From contig OY253680.1 in NCBI GenBank assembly GCA_958009085.1, positions 62,001-126,000 of the forward strand: a stretch of DNA of 64,000 bases, written 5' to 3'. Positions 1 through 11,053 of the stretch are shown piece after piece. The position numbers were made by a program, and so were the translations under genes. Origin of the DNA: Protoeuglena noctilucae. Its lineage: Eukaryota. Numbering within the stretch: the first letter of the stretch is position 1; the number at the start of each line of letters is the position of its first letter. The notes below the pieces were generated by a model, which saw only the letters and a program-made list of their open reading frames with translations, did not search any database and was not told the origin of the DNA.

Positions 1-2968
1 CCCGCCGCATTCCCGCCATCGCCACCGCTGCCGCACGCGACGACGCCGGCCATGGCCCACGCCCCGCCTCCCCGCCCAAAGCCAGCGGGGCACCAGCTGC
101 AGAATCACTTGATCTAAAACCAGGGCTGGGTCAGGTCACGCGAGCGGGCGTTGCAAACGCAGCTCGGGACGGCACAGCGGGGGCGCGGGCGGTGGGTGGT
201 GAGGAGGAGCGGGAGGGCGGTGTAGGGGGCGGTGGATGGGGGGCCGGGGCGAGGGTACGGGCGCGGCCAGGGTCGCCCACCAGGCTGCCGCGTGTGTCTG
301 AGGGTGCGGACGGGGCAGGGAGTGCGAGTGGGGTTGGGCACGGGGAGGTGGGGGCGGGGGCTGGGGTGTCTGTGGAAGGGGTTGAGGGTAGGGGTGGCTC
401 TGGGCAGCGCGGGGGTGTGGGCGGAGTGGCGGGTGCAAGAGAGAGGAGCGGGGTGGTGGGGGATGGGTCTGGGTTGGAGGCACGGGGGCGAGCCCCAGAG
501 GGCCGCCCGCCTGCACCAGCCTGGGACGAGAATGGGTTCGAATCCTGGGACAGGAATGAGTTCGAGTCCTTCCGGGACCACACCACGGCGGTGCTGACGG
601 CCATGCAGCGGCAGCTGGGGCAGCTGCTGGCGGCAAAGGGGGCGGGTGTTACAAGCGGGGTGGGTGACAGGGGCGGGGCGGGTGGGACGGGGAGGGCGAC
701 AGGGACAGATGGCGATGCGCATTGGTCGAGGCGGGTGGTGGCGGGGCCTGGGGGTGGGCTGGAGGAGGATCGGCGCCCTGCGTTGGCGAATGCGGGGGCG
801 CACCCTGGCGGGGCGCGGTTCGTGAGGCGGGGAGTGGAGGCGGATGCGGGGGTGAGGGGCGCGTGGCAGGGTATGTGTGGGGCTGTGGTTGGTGTGGTTG
901 TGGCAGAGGCAGCTGTGGTTGTGGGGGGCTGTTGTGGCTATCTTGCAATAAGCGTATCCTGCGCCCAGGTATCGCAGGAGGGTCCTCCCATCACGGCCTT
1001 CACTCCCTACGAGCGTCGGGTGCAGGCGGAGGGGTCGGGGCACAACATGGAGTCGACCCTGGTGAGTGAATGAGGAGAGATTGAGTGAGTGAGTGAATGA
1101 ATGAGTGAGTGAGTGAGTAAGGAATAGACCCTGGTGAGTGAATGAGTGGGTGATTGATGAGTCCAAACAGTCGTGAGTGCAAGGGGTAATCAGGTGAGAA
1201 CGCAAGTCACGAGGAGTCAACTTTAGTGAGTGAGGAGTGGTGAAGGAGTCGTTGTGTTGCACCATCTCACTTCGTTGCACACTCCTCACTGCAATGCACG
1301 CACCTCGCCTTGCACAGTCTCAAGTCGTCGCACGCCCTCGCCGCCTCGCAGAGAGCGTCCCTGGCGCCGCTGGCATCCGCATCCACTCCCCTGGGGACCT
1401 TTGAAGAGGTCTTTGGGCGGCCGGCGCGGTACGTCCCGCCACCGCGCCCCGCTTGGAGGGCGGGCGACGAGGGGAAGGAGGAGGAGGGGACGGCGGCAGC
1501 GGTGCGGCAGGGGCGCAGCAAGGTGCGTCTGAGGGTGTGTTGGGCAGCGCTGCTGACGGTGGCAGTGCACACCGCTCTGCCAGCGCTGTGCGTGTGCCAG
1601 CGATACAGCGCTCGACCTCTTTCACTCTTGTCACGCTCGTCCCTCGCGACAGCACTCGGCCCCCCCTCCCCATCCCCAAAGCCCATCCCGTGCATCACAG
1701 CAGCGACGCTCACCCTCTCACCCTCCCGCCCCCCTCTTCCCCCCCAGGCCCACCCCAGCAGTCGCAGTCACGGCAACGTGGGTGCCGAGGTGGACGAGGA
1801 GGCTGGCCTGCCCTCGTATGCCTCCATGCGACGTGCCACAGGGTACCGGGCCACGGGCCCCGACGTGGGCGTGCGCATCACGCACCGCGCTTACATCGGA
1901 GAGGGCGGTGGTGGTGGTGATGATGATGCGGGGCAGGGCGGTGCTATGCAGGGCGGTGAGGGAGGCAGCGGTCGCGTGCTGGACCCGGCGATGGCGGAGA
2001 TGGCGCCCCACGCGAGGCTGGCGTTCCGGGTGAGGGGGGGGGTGGGGGGGGGGGGTTGAAAGTGGCGTTCCGGGTGAGGGTGGGGGGGGTGGTGATGAGG
2101 GGCGAGTGACGGGGGACGAGCCATTGGTGGAGCTGGCAGCTTGAAGGGGTTTGCACCCCGTTGATACTTCACAGCCTCCCAAGTCTTCACAGCCTTCTAC
2201 AGCCAATGCCCACCACCCCCAACCGCCCCTTACTGCCCTCAGCCGGACGACATGGGCGTGCGCCTGTCGACGCCGCCCGTGCCCTCGACTCGCTTCATTC
2301 GCAAGGAGGTGGGGGGCCCCACCGAGGTGGCACTGCCGCCATACAAGGTGGACCAGCTGCGGAGCGAGGTGGACGCCATGATTGCCGAGTACAAGAACTC
2401 ACTTAAGTGAGGCAGATGGGTGGTGCGATGGTGTTGGTGTCAGTGGGGGTGCGTGGGGTGTGTAAGGGGTATATGTGGGTGCGGGAGGGGTGCAATGGTG
2501 CGTGCAGGTGCGGGTATGTTCCACATGTCAAGGGTTTGCAAAAGTTGTCTTCTAGCAAGCTCACCATGTTGCGATGGCGAATGCGAGCGCCCACCGCCCT
2601 TCCCCCAGGTCGTTGTCCAACCCCATGGCCAACGCGGACGTCCACATCACGACACTCTCGCGGAGGTGAGATGAGAGGAGCGGGTACCGCGTTTAGAGTG
2701 CCAGTGACGGTGCCAACGGCACCTGCCTTGTGTGCAGGATGCACGCCACTGGGCGCACTTCTAAGTGCGACTCAGTGTGCTGCGCTTTGTCTTCGTGCTT
2801 TATTGTAAGAGACGCATGGAGACTCGACTCGCTGCTCTCTGCAGGCACGTGGACTCAATCAGTGACCGGCCCTGGCGCCAGTCGCCGGGCGGTGGGGTGC
2901 TGGCCCCGGTCAACGTGCGCCCGGTCGACAGCATGGCCCTGACCGCGCACATGGACGGGCGCGGCTGA
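1..2968 (+). CDS. Unknown multi-exon low-complexity protein, 5' end outside the window
   Basis: The frame is open from the window edge. GT-AG splicing joins exons ..850, 969-1061, 1352-1522, 1748-2029, 2243-2406 and 2845-2968 in frame (..PDDMGVRL..MIAEYKNSLK|HVDS..DGRG*). No family recognised. Confidence 0.6.
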
Positions 2969-3250
2969 CTTGGGCCGAGCCGGGCCTCACGATAAGCAAA
3001 AGTTAGCTTGTGGATGGCCGCAGATGACGTGGATCGTCGCCAGGCTTTGGCTACCTAGAAGGCCCTGGCAATCTGTTGCTTCGGCGTGATCTGTCTGCTT
3101 TGCAGTGTTTGAAAGTAGAACTACATGCCTCAGCGCTGGCATATCAAAGCACGCCGACAGGTCCGTCGATAGAGAGAGGAAAGTGAACACAAGTTGACTG
3201 GGGAACGCATGAACCTTGCACAGGTTCGCGTGCTTGAGCAATGCTGTCCA

Positions 3251-4451
3251 TCAGACCCTGGGTCGCTTGCGGCCCCGCTCCTGCGCCCCTACGCCCTCCT
3301 GCACGCACAGAGGAACGTCGCTTGCGTTCTCTCAACCGCTGAGAGGCCACAAACACAGCAACCCACGCTGCCAGCACGGCACCCTCGTGCATCGCTGACG
3401 GCACCGCAGGGCTCCCTATCCACACCGCCAGTGCGTGCATTGCAGGTCGCATGCAGCCATGTCCTCGCAGCCAAAGACCCCGAGCCTGCGTGCTTATCTC
3501 GCGTGCACGAAAATAAACCCTCTGATAGACGCTCACCTTTGGCTTCAGTGCCCACCGCTCGTGCAAGTGAGACACGACCCGGCCCAGGCCCACCAGCACC
3601 CGCTCCTCGTTCGTCATGCCCATCACCGCTGCGAGAGGGACAGGAACGGCGTCGGAGTTGCGTGGCATTCAGTTTGCAGGCGACAGCACCGGGCGCGCAC
3701 AGCACGATGCATGCGAGAGGAGCCACGGGGCCTGCCTCACGGCACGTTACCTGTGTGACGGTCGCAGCGCGGCAGGCAGACCCACGACATGCACCCAAGA
3801 TCTCAAGTCATTTTAGCATGCCCATCGACGCACGGTCCGGTCTCGCACATCCCAAGACCACTCACCCGGCGAGGACGTGTCCGTTTGCACCCAGGCGTGA
3901 CGCACCACCACGTCCCTGTGAGCAAACCGTGCACCTCGCGTGGCCGGCGCTGCGCAACGCAAGCCCCGCGGCTACCCAGAGCCCCCCCACAACTCGCCTG
4001 TACCGCGCCGCGAAGGTCTGGAGCGACAGGGGCCCTAGGCCGTGGTCCTCCCCAGGCAAGGAGTTGACACGGTGGGCCAGCTCGTACCAGTGCGCGCAGC
4101 AGGTCCGCAAGTCGAAGCTGCTCGGACCCGCCTCGATCTCCTTCCGCACCGCCGCGCGGAAAGCTGCAGGGAGCAACGGCGTGACCATCCCGCGCTGCAC
4201 GAGGGGCGGCACCATCCAGAAGGGCACCTCGACGACCGATTCCGCCGGAAGCTGCAGAGAATGGTGCGGGAGGATTGTTCGCATTATACCAGCTCGTCCA
4301 TTGCCGCGTTCGCCGCTGCGCGTGCCCTCACGTCCTCGGTGTCCGCGTTGGGATCAAGCGCCTTGCCCAGCCCCGTCGCGGCCGTGTTGAAGCGGACGGG
4401 CACCGCGTGCGAGTCGGCGAACGCCACCTCGATGTTCCAGTAGTCGGACAT
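3251..4451 (-). CDS. PSF3: GINS complex subunit 3 (Psf3)
   Basis: Translates as MSDYWNIEVAFAD..GLGKALDP|LPAESVVEVPFWM..FDLR..WYEL..QTFAARYR..MTNEERVL, with a last exon ending RKRPRV*. One internal junction is unresolved. Confidence 0.85.
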
Positions 4452-5003
4452 GGCGGTGCGACGGCCGCGCAACGCCCCGGCTCGCGCGCGAGGTTCAAAC
4501 AAACGGCAGCGACAGCTGCGGTCTCCGGGAAAGGACCGGGCGACGTCCCGAGCGTCAGCGAACCTCCTCGGTCAAGCGCGATGCAACAGATGCAGGACCG
4601 ACGGACGGCCGCGTCTCCGTGGCTCCCTCCCCTGAGCTGGGAACGAATCAGCGGCTGTCTTGACCTGGCTCCTGCTGGACTCTGCTGCACGTCGTGGCGC
4701 CTAGCTGCAGGACTGAGACGCCGGAATGGTGCTGCGGAAGTCTTGTCGGGTCGTGGCGCCTGCATGAGGGCAAGCCTGCGTCAGAGAAACCGGGTCCAGC
4801 TGGATGACACTGGCCAGCATGTCACATCTCACTGGATGTGACAGCGTGGCAGATGTGCTGCTGCATGTGTATGCCGCTGCGCAATTGCGATGCTTGCCTT
4901 CAACCGCTAGCCCCCGAGCCTACGCCCAATTGCACTAGGCCCTCGCTGCGCTGCGCCATGCATGGTGGCCTCAACCCAAGGAATCCCTCAGGCAAAGAAC
5001 AGC

Positions 5004-7171
5004 TCATGCCAGCACGGGGAGGTTCTCGTGCTCGCGGCGGCGGTCGTGGCGGTCCTGCTCGTCCTGCTGGCGGCGGCGGTCGTCGTCGCGGTCGTCCTCG
5101 CGCTCGCTGCGGGAGTCCCGGCGGCGGCGCTCGTCCTCGCGGTCGTCGTCACGGCGGCGGCGGTCGTGGCGGTCGTCCTCGCGGTCGTCGTCGCGCTCGT
5201 TGCGGGCCTCGCGGCGGCGGCGGTTGTCGCGCTCCTCCTCGCGGTCCTCGTCCCAGCGGCGGTCCCTGTGCGGAAGCAAGACCACCAAGACCCTCAACAG
5301 GGACCACTCCAACGGCATCCACAGGAAACGGCGCCGATATTGACCCGCAAACAAAGCACTCCGGTGCGGCAAGTGCGCCCCTGCGCTTGGCCCAGCATGC
5401 CAGTGAGCTGCACGTGCCCCCACCAGGCACAAGCACTCACCGGCGGTCCTCGCGATCGTCGTCGCGCTCGTTGCGGGCGTCCCGGCGGCGGCGGTTGTCG
5501 CGGTCGTCCTCCCGGTCGTCGTCGCGGCGGCGGCGGTTGTCGCGCTCATCGTCGCGGTCCTCGCGCTCGTTGCGGGCCTCGCGGCGGCGGCGCTCGTCGT
5601 GCTCGTCGTCGCGGTCGTCGTTGCGGCGGCGGCGGTTGTCCCGCTCGTCGTCGCGCTCGTCGTCCCGGCGGCGGTCCCTGCAGAGGAGCACGGACACACA
5701 GCATGTTGCCCAGCATGTGCCCAGCTAACGGCACGTGTATCATTACACAGCACAAGCGTGGCGCACATGCGCTGGCACCTTCCCCAGAGCACTTAACAGC
5801 AAACATAGCACCCTGGTCCCTCACCGGCGGTCGTCGCGGTCCTCGTCGCGCTCGTTGCGGGCCTCCCGGCGGCGGCGCTCGTCATGCTCCTCGTCGCGCT
5901 CGTCGTTGCGGCGGCGGCGGTCCTCGCGGTCGTCCTCCCTGTCGTCGTTGCGGCGGCGGCGGTTGTCACGCTCGTCGTCGCGGTCCTCCCGCTCGTTGCG
6001 GGCATCGTTCCGGCGGCGGTCCCTGGGTGCCAGCAAGACCAGCAGTCGCTCTTGAGAATGACCCTGACAAGCGGCGCATGTGTTATGCCGCGACGGACAG
6101 GCACATATGTCATGGGCATAGCTCAGCACTACACTCAGCGCGCCACTGCAAGCACTCGGCACAGCGGCTGCTCACCGGCGGTCCTCGCGGTCGTCCTCCC
6201 GGTCGTCGTTGCGGCGGCGGCGGTTGTCGCGCTCGTCCTCCGGCTCGTTGCGGGCGTCCCGGCGGCGGCGGTCGTCGCGGTCGTCCTCACGGTCCTCGTT
6301 GCGGCGGCGGTCCCTGTGCACGCTCAAGGGCGGAGGCTGTCTGCAACAGCCTGATATCACCACACACGACGTCGCAGCTCCCAGAGGACCGACAGCGAAA
6401 CCAGCCACGATGCCCAGTCTGCTCTGCCGCGCACACCACCTGTCTCCACAGACTCATGCAACCTGCGCCTGCGCATATTCACTCACCGGCGGTCCTCGCG
6501 GTCGTCGTTGCGGTCGTCACGCAGGTTCCGGGCGTCCCGGCGGCGGCGCTCGTCCTCCCTGTCGTCGTCACGGCGGCGGCGGCTGTCGCGCTCATCCTCG
6601 CGGTCGTCGTCGCGCAGGTTACGGGCGTCCCGGCGGCGGCGGTCCTCGCGGTCGTCCTCCGGCTCGTTGCGGGCGTCCCGGCGGCGGCGGTCGTCGCGGT
6701 CGTCCTCGCGGTCATCGTTGCGGCGGCGGCGGTTGTCGCGCTCATCGTCGCGTTCGTCGTCCCGGTAGTTGCGGGCCTCGCGGCGGCGGTTGTCGCGCTC
6801 GTCCTCGCGGTCCTCGTCCCACCGGCGGTCCCTGCGTTCAGATGCAGCACGTCACGTCACAGGGTCTGCTGCCAGTAGCCTTGCCACGTCGTCACAACAC
6901 AGGATCCATAAACACTGCCACCACTGACAGCCTGGCATCCTCGGAAGCAGCGCATGGCTCACCGGCGCTCGTCGCGGTCGTCGCAGAGGGCGCGCTCCAG
7001 GCGCTCCACGGAGTGGAAGGCGCTGTTGAGCTGGTCGATGGCGCTCCTCGCCAGGGACACGTTGTGGCGCGCGTCGCGGTGGGCCTGGACGGGGGCAAGG
7101 GTGCGGCGGCCCCCGCGGACGGCGGGCACGCCGGCCCGGGCGGCCAGGACGTTGGCGGTGGCGGTGAGCAT
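5004..7171 (-). CDS. Arg/Asp/Glu-rich repeat protein (~462 aa) with a transit-peptide-like N-terminus
   Basis: Exons are 7171-6963, 6831-6487, 6313-6176, 6022-5825, 5677-5441 and 5265-5004. All introns are phase 2, with CGCCG|GTGAG donors and CAG|GGACCGC acceptors. The N-terminus is MLTATANVLAARAGVPAVRGGRRTLAPVQA. Confidence 0.8.
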
Positions 7172-7844
7172 CTCCTTTGACCTGCGGGCGGGCGACCGTA
7201 TCCGAGAGATCCAGACCACAAGCAAGTCAAATATAGTCGAATGAGCCGCATCCGGGGCCAGGAAAGCGCGGATCGGCCCCGCGAGGCGGTCCCCGAGATT
7301 GTTACTCGCACGATAACAAAGTCGTGGCCGCGCCCAATCCGGGCCGCATTCGCCACGGCGCGCAGCGATCGCGCCTATAACGACGAATTAGAAGCGCTGT
7401 GCGGAGGGCGATTGTCGAAACATGGCGTGATAGGCCGCGGCGGTTTGGGTCGAGTCACATGGGCGGCGGCCCGACCCGCGCGGCGCCGGATCCGCAAACG
7501 AGCGCCACACCCGGCAAAAACATCGCCGAATGTAGTTCCGGGTGGGCGAGATCGGGCAAAGGCGCAGCCATCGGGCTGCGCGGAGCCCGATGAAGGGCCA
7601 TCCCGGAAAAGGCTGCGCAGCGCGCGATGCGCGCCCGATGCGAGGATCCGAACGCGGCAGCAGCTCACCTTTATTGCTGGGAGGCGTCTCCGAGTCGAAA
7701 AATAGGCAGGGAAGGGGCGCCCCGCGGCCTATTTGAGGCCTGGCTGGAGCTGGGGAAGGCCCTAGGGGATGACCCGGGCATATCCTGTCCGCGTCAGCAC
7801 GGGCGTCGCGACCTCCCAGCCCGTGATGCGGGCCCTCCGCGCCG

Positions 7845-9956
7845 TCACTCGTCCCCGGCGCTCGCCATGCTCTCCCGCAGGTCGTAGCTGATGAAGGCGT
7901 TCATGTCGCTCAGCATGCCCACCACCACAGCACCCCTCTGCGAGGGCGCAGCGGGGGAGATCGATCCATGCGCGGCTCGAATCGCGCGCTCCAGCCCGGC
8001 ACCCGCTCCCCCCCCCGCTGACGTGGCAGGCTAACATGGAGTCAGGGTTGCCCTGACTCGGGGCCGCTGTCACAGGAACGCAGCTGAGGCCTGCGCGCAA
8101 GCGCCTGACGAGCCAAGCGGCGGCCCTGTTTGATGGAAAGCCTCCCACCCGCCCTCAAACATCCACCTCTCACCTTGGACGCCACCACGTCCTGCAGCGT
8201 GATGCGCAGTGGGTCCCTGGGCTTGACCATGTCGAATATCTCGTCCTTGACGTCCTCGACGCGGTAATCGGCGTCCGGATTGGCCTCCCGGATCGTCTCG
8301 CAGACGGACTTGAACAGCTGGTAGACGTCCGCTTGCGTGAGGTACCCCTTGCAGCCCAGGTCCAGCACGGGCCAGAAGTAGGCGAGGGCCCGCGGCGTCA
8401 TGCGGCCCTCCCACGCGATGAGGAAGGTCAGGAAATCCCGGAACGTCATGTAGGCCCCCCGGCGGCGCCCGGTGGCGTGCTCCTGGAACAGCCGCGACGC
8501 GAACAGCGGCGACAGGCGGCACACGGGCAGCCGGGCGAACTCCTCCCGTGACAGCAGGCCGTCCCTGTCCACGTCGAGGTCGTCAAACATGGAATAGAGC
8601 CACCGGGACTTCTGCACGCTGAACCAGTTCTCCACCAGCCGCCGCATGCTGGCCTCGTCGGCGCCTCCCAGCTCCCGCAGCAGGTGGAGCTCGGAGGTGA
8701 CGGGGGAGACGAGGAGGTCGCGGATGGGGAGGCGGCCGTTGCGGGCGTGGTAGAAGGCGAACTTGAGCACGCTCATGTCGAGCCACGTGGGGACGAAGGA
8801 GCTGAGGTCTTCTGCCACGGGGGCGTCTGTGGGGGCAGAGAGGGTGGTGGGCGGTGATGTGCCAGAAAGGGGAGGCGTGGGAGCTACAGAAGTTGCGACT
8901 GGGGCATCGGGGAAGAGAGCTGGCTGTGAAAGTGTCTGCATGGAGCACAGGGGCCAGTTGGCAGCCCCGCCCGTGCGCCACCCACCCGGGCCGGCCCGGC
9001 TGCCGAAGAGCGGCGCAAGGGGACGCATCAGCAGCATGGCATCTTCCAAATAGGCACTCAGCTCGTCCAGGGTCAGCTTCCCGTCTCCGTCGGCGTCTGC
9101 GAGCAATGCATGGTTCTCGTGGCACCCAAGCGCACACCGCTCTGACCGTGGCAGGAACGTTGCGGCAGGCCTGGCGGGGCCCGCATCACGCAAGGGCAGC
9201 GGCAGCGGCGCGCGTCACCGTATTTCGCGAGATCGAGCCTCAGCCGCGCCGTGAAGCACTGGCGCATGAGGAGCTCGAAGAGGGAGAGGGCCGAGATGCG
9301 GCCGCGGTCGTCCTTGGCCAGCCGCAAGAAGGTGGACGCGCGCAGGAAGCCGTGGACCCTGCGCCGCGCTCGGGCACCGAATGTCTCCTGGAAACGGTCG
9401 GTGACGCGACAGAAGCCCTCGTAGCTGAGCATCTCCTGGTCCGCCCCGGCGTCCGAAGACGCCTCTTTGAGCCAGAACCAAATCGATTCGAGCTCCTCCT
9501 GACTCAGGACCGCGTCCGCGTGGTCTTCCAGCCACATGGCGCGGACGGCCGCCTCGCAGCGCGCGCGGAGGCTCCCGGGGCGCGGGCGGGGGCGGAAGAA
9601 CGTTGGCAGCGAGGCGCCCGCGTTGCTAGAAGGGCCGGCCTCCGCGCGCCGCAGCGTCGCCAGCTCCGTCATTCCGCTGATGTCGCTCTCATCGGTCTCG
9701 CTTCCTTCCGCCGCGTCCGCGGAGGGCCCCTGGGAGCAGCGACGCCGCTGTAACAACGAGCGCCGGAGCGACGCGCTGGGCGGTGGCCGCGTCGGCCACA
9801 CGACAGCAATGCGTGAACGGTCGACTGCCGATGCGGGCAGCAGCGGAGCGCGAATGACAGGGCGCGCGCGAGGGCTCGCACCGGTTCTCGCTGCGACTCC
9901 TCGGCGTCGGCAGCGCGAGCCAGGAGGGCTGCCGCGAGGTCCCGGTGACGCGGCAT
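7845..9956 (-). CDS. PPP2R3C: PP2A B'' regulatory subunit (TON2/FASS/PPP2R3C type)
   Basis: Motifs WLEDHADAVLSQEEL, EF-hands DADGDGKLT and DVDRDGLLS, ENWFS, YFWPVLD, EDVKDEIFDMVKP, and a C-terminal GMLSDMNAFISYDLRE. The start codon is inferred from in-frame splicing. Confidence 0.88.
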
Positions 9957-11053
9957 GATTCGGCGCGCCAAGCCAGGGGACGGTAGCTACGAATCGCGGT
10001 GCAAGGGTGGAGGCGTGGTCGTCCCAGCGCTTCGAAGTGTGCGCGCCCCAACTGGGCCGGCAAGTGAGGGAAAGGCCCACCGGATGCAATGGCGGCGTGC
10101 TTTACGTGTCCTTGTCGCAACTAGAGAGGAAAGCCGCCATTATCGCGTCGGCGCACCTCGCGATTCCGACGCGAAGCTTGCGCCGACTCGCCAGATCACC
10201 TTGGCACGCCGCCTTGCCCAAACGAGATGCCCTTCTCCTCACGAGTACCTGGACCTCGAAGACGTAAGTGGGGCTTGCAAGCAACTGTGAATAGTTGAGC
10301 TGAGAAGCAAAAACTGGTCAAGCTTGGTGGAAATGGATCAGAACACGGCCCTGTCGCTAGCCAAGACAGTGTGGGACTACATGGATGCCCAGGCCGCATC
10401 AGTGGAGGCCGGAGACGACCAGGGCGGGGTGAGCAGGAGCTGGGATTTGCATATAGCCGCAGCAACGATACAAGGTTCTCGTCGCGAAAAGATTTAACGA
10501 TGGAAAGAACGATGACCGTCGTGGCAACGCCTCTGAGTGCAGGGAAGCGGAGCTGCAGCGGAGGGACCGAACGATGGGGAGCCTTCGAAGGCGGAGGGGG
10601 CCAAGGGGAAGAAAAAGCGGGCAAGGAAGCCCCTCACAGCCCAGGTGATGCGGGGGAGTGGGAACGGATGCCATGAAGGCCAGCCGCACGGCGCCTGCGG
10701 ACTCGTGCGCTGGGACCGCGCTGCCCTCATCGCTCGCGTCTTCGCGGGCCGCAGAAAGATGCCGTGCCCTTGATGACCTCGCTTTTGGAATCCTTCGTCG
10801 ATCAGGCCATGCAGCGCGCCATAGCCCGCGCGCGGGCGGAGGGGGAGGGGCAAGTCCTGGGCGCGCACGTCGAGCAGATCCTCCCGCAGCTCATCCTCGA
10901 TTTCTTTTGACAGGTTCGAGTTTCCAACGTCGTTGATTCCTCGATTCGATTAATTCGCTTCCTCGGTTCCGTCTCCTAGAGCTCGCGCAAAGCGCCTGCG
11001 CGCCTGCGCAATTGCCGCGCTCTCTGCAGCCCCAGCCCTAGCCATCCCTAGCC

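Noticed and set aside
5004..6831. Repeat blocks separated by unique spacers resembling a CRISPR array
   Set aside because: The blocks are variable-length coding exons and the spacers are GT-AG introns. No cas genes are present.
4962..6878. 638-aa plus-strand ORF and other Ala/Val- or Ser/Arg-rich frames
   Set aside because: These are shadow frames of the R/D/E repeat. The splice signals and start context all support the minus-strand gene.
10000..11000. Possible small gene between TON2 and CFAP58
   Set aside because: Only isolated splice-like motifs and short ORFs with no recognisable product.
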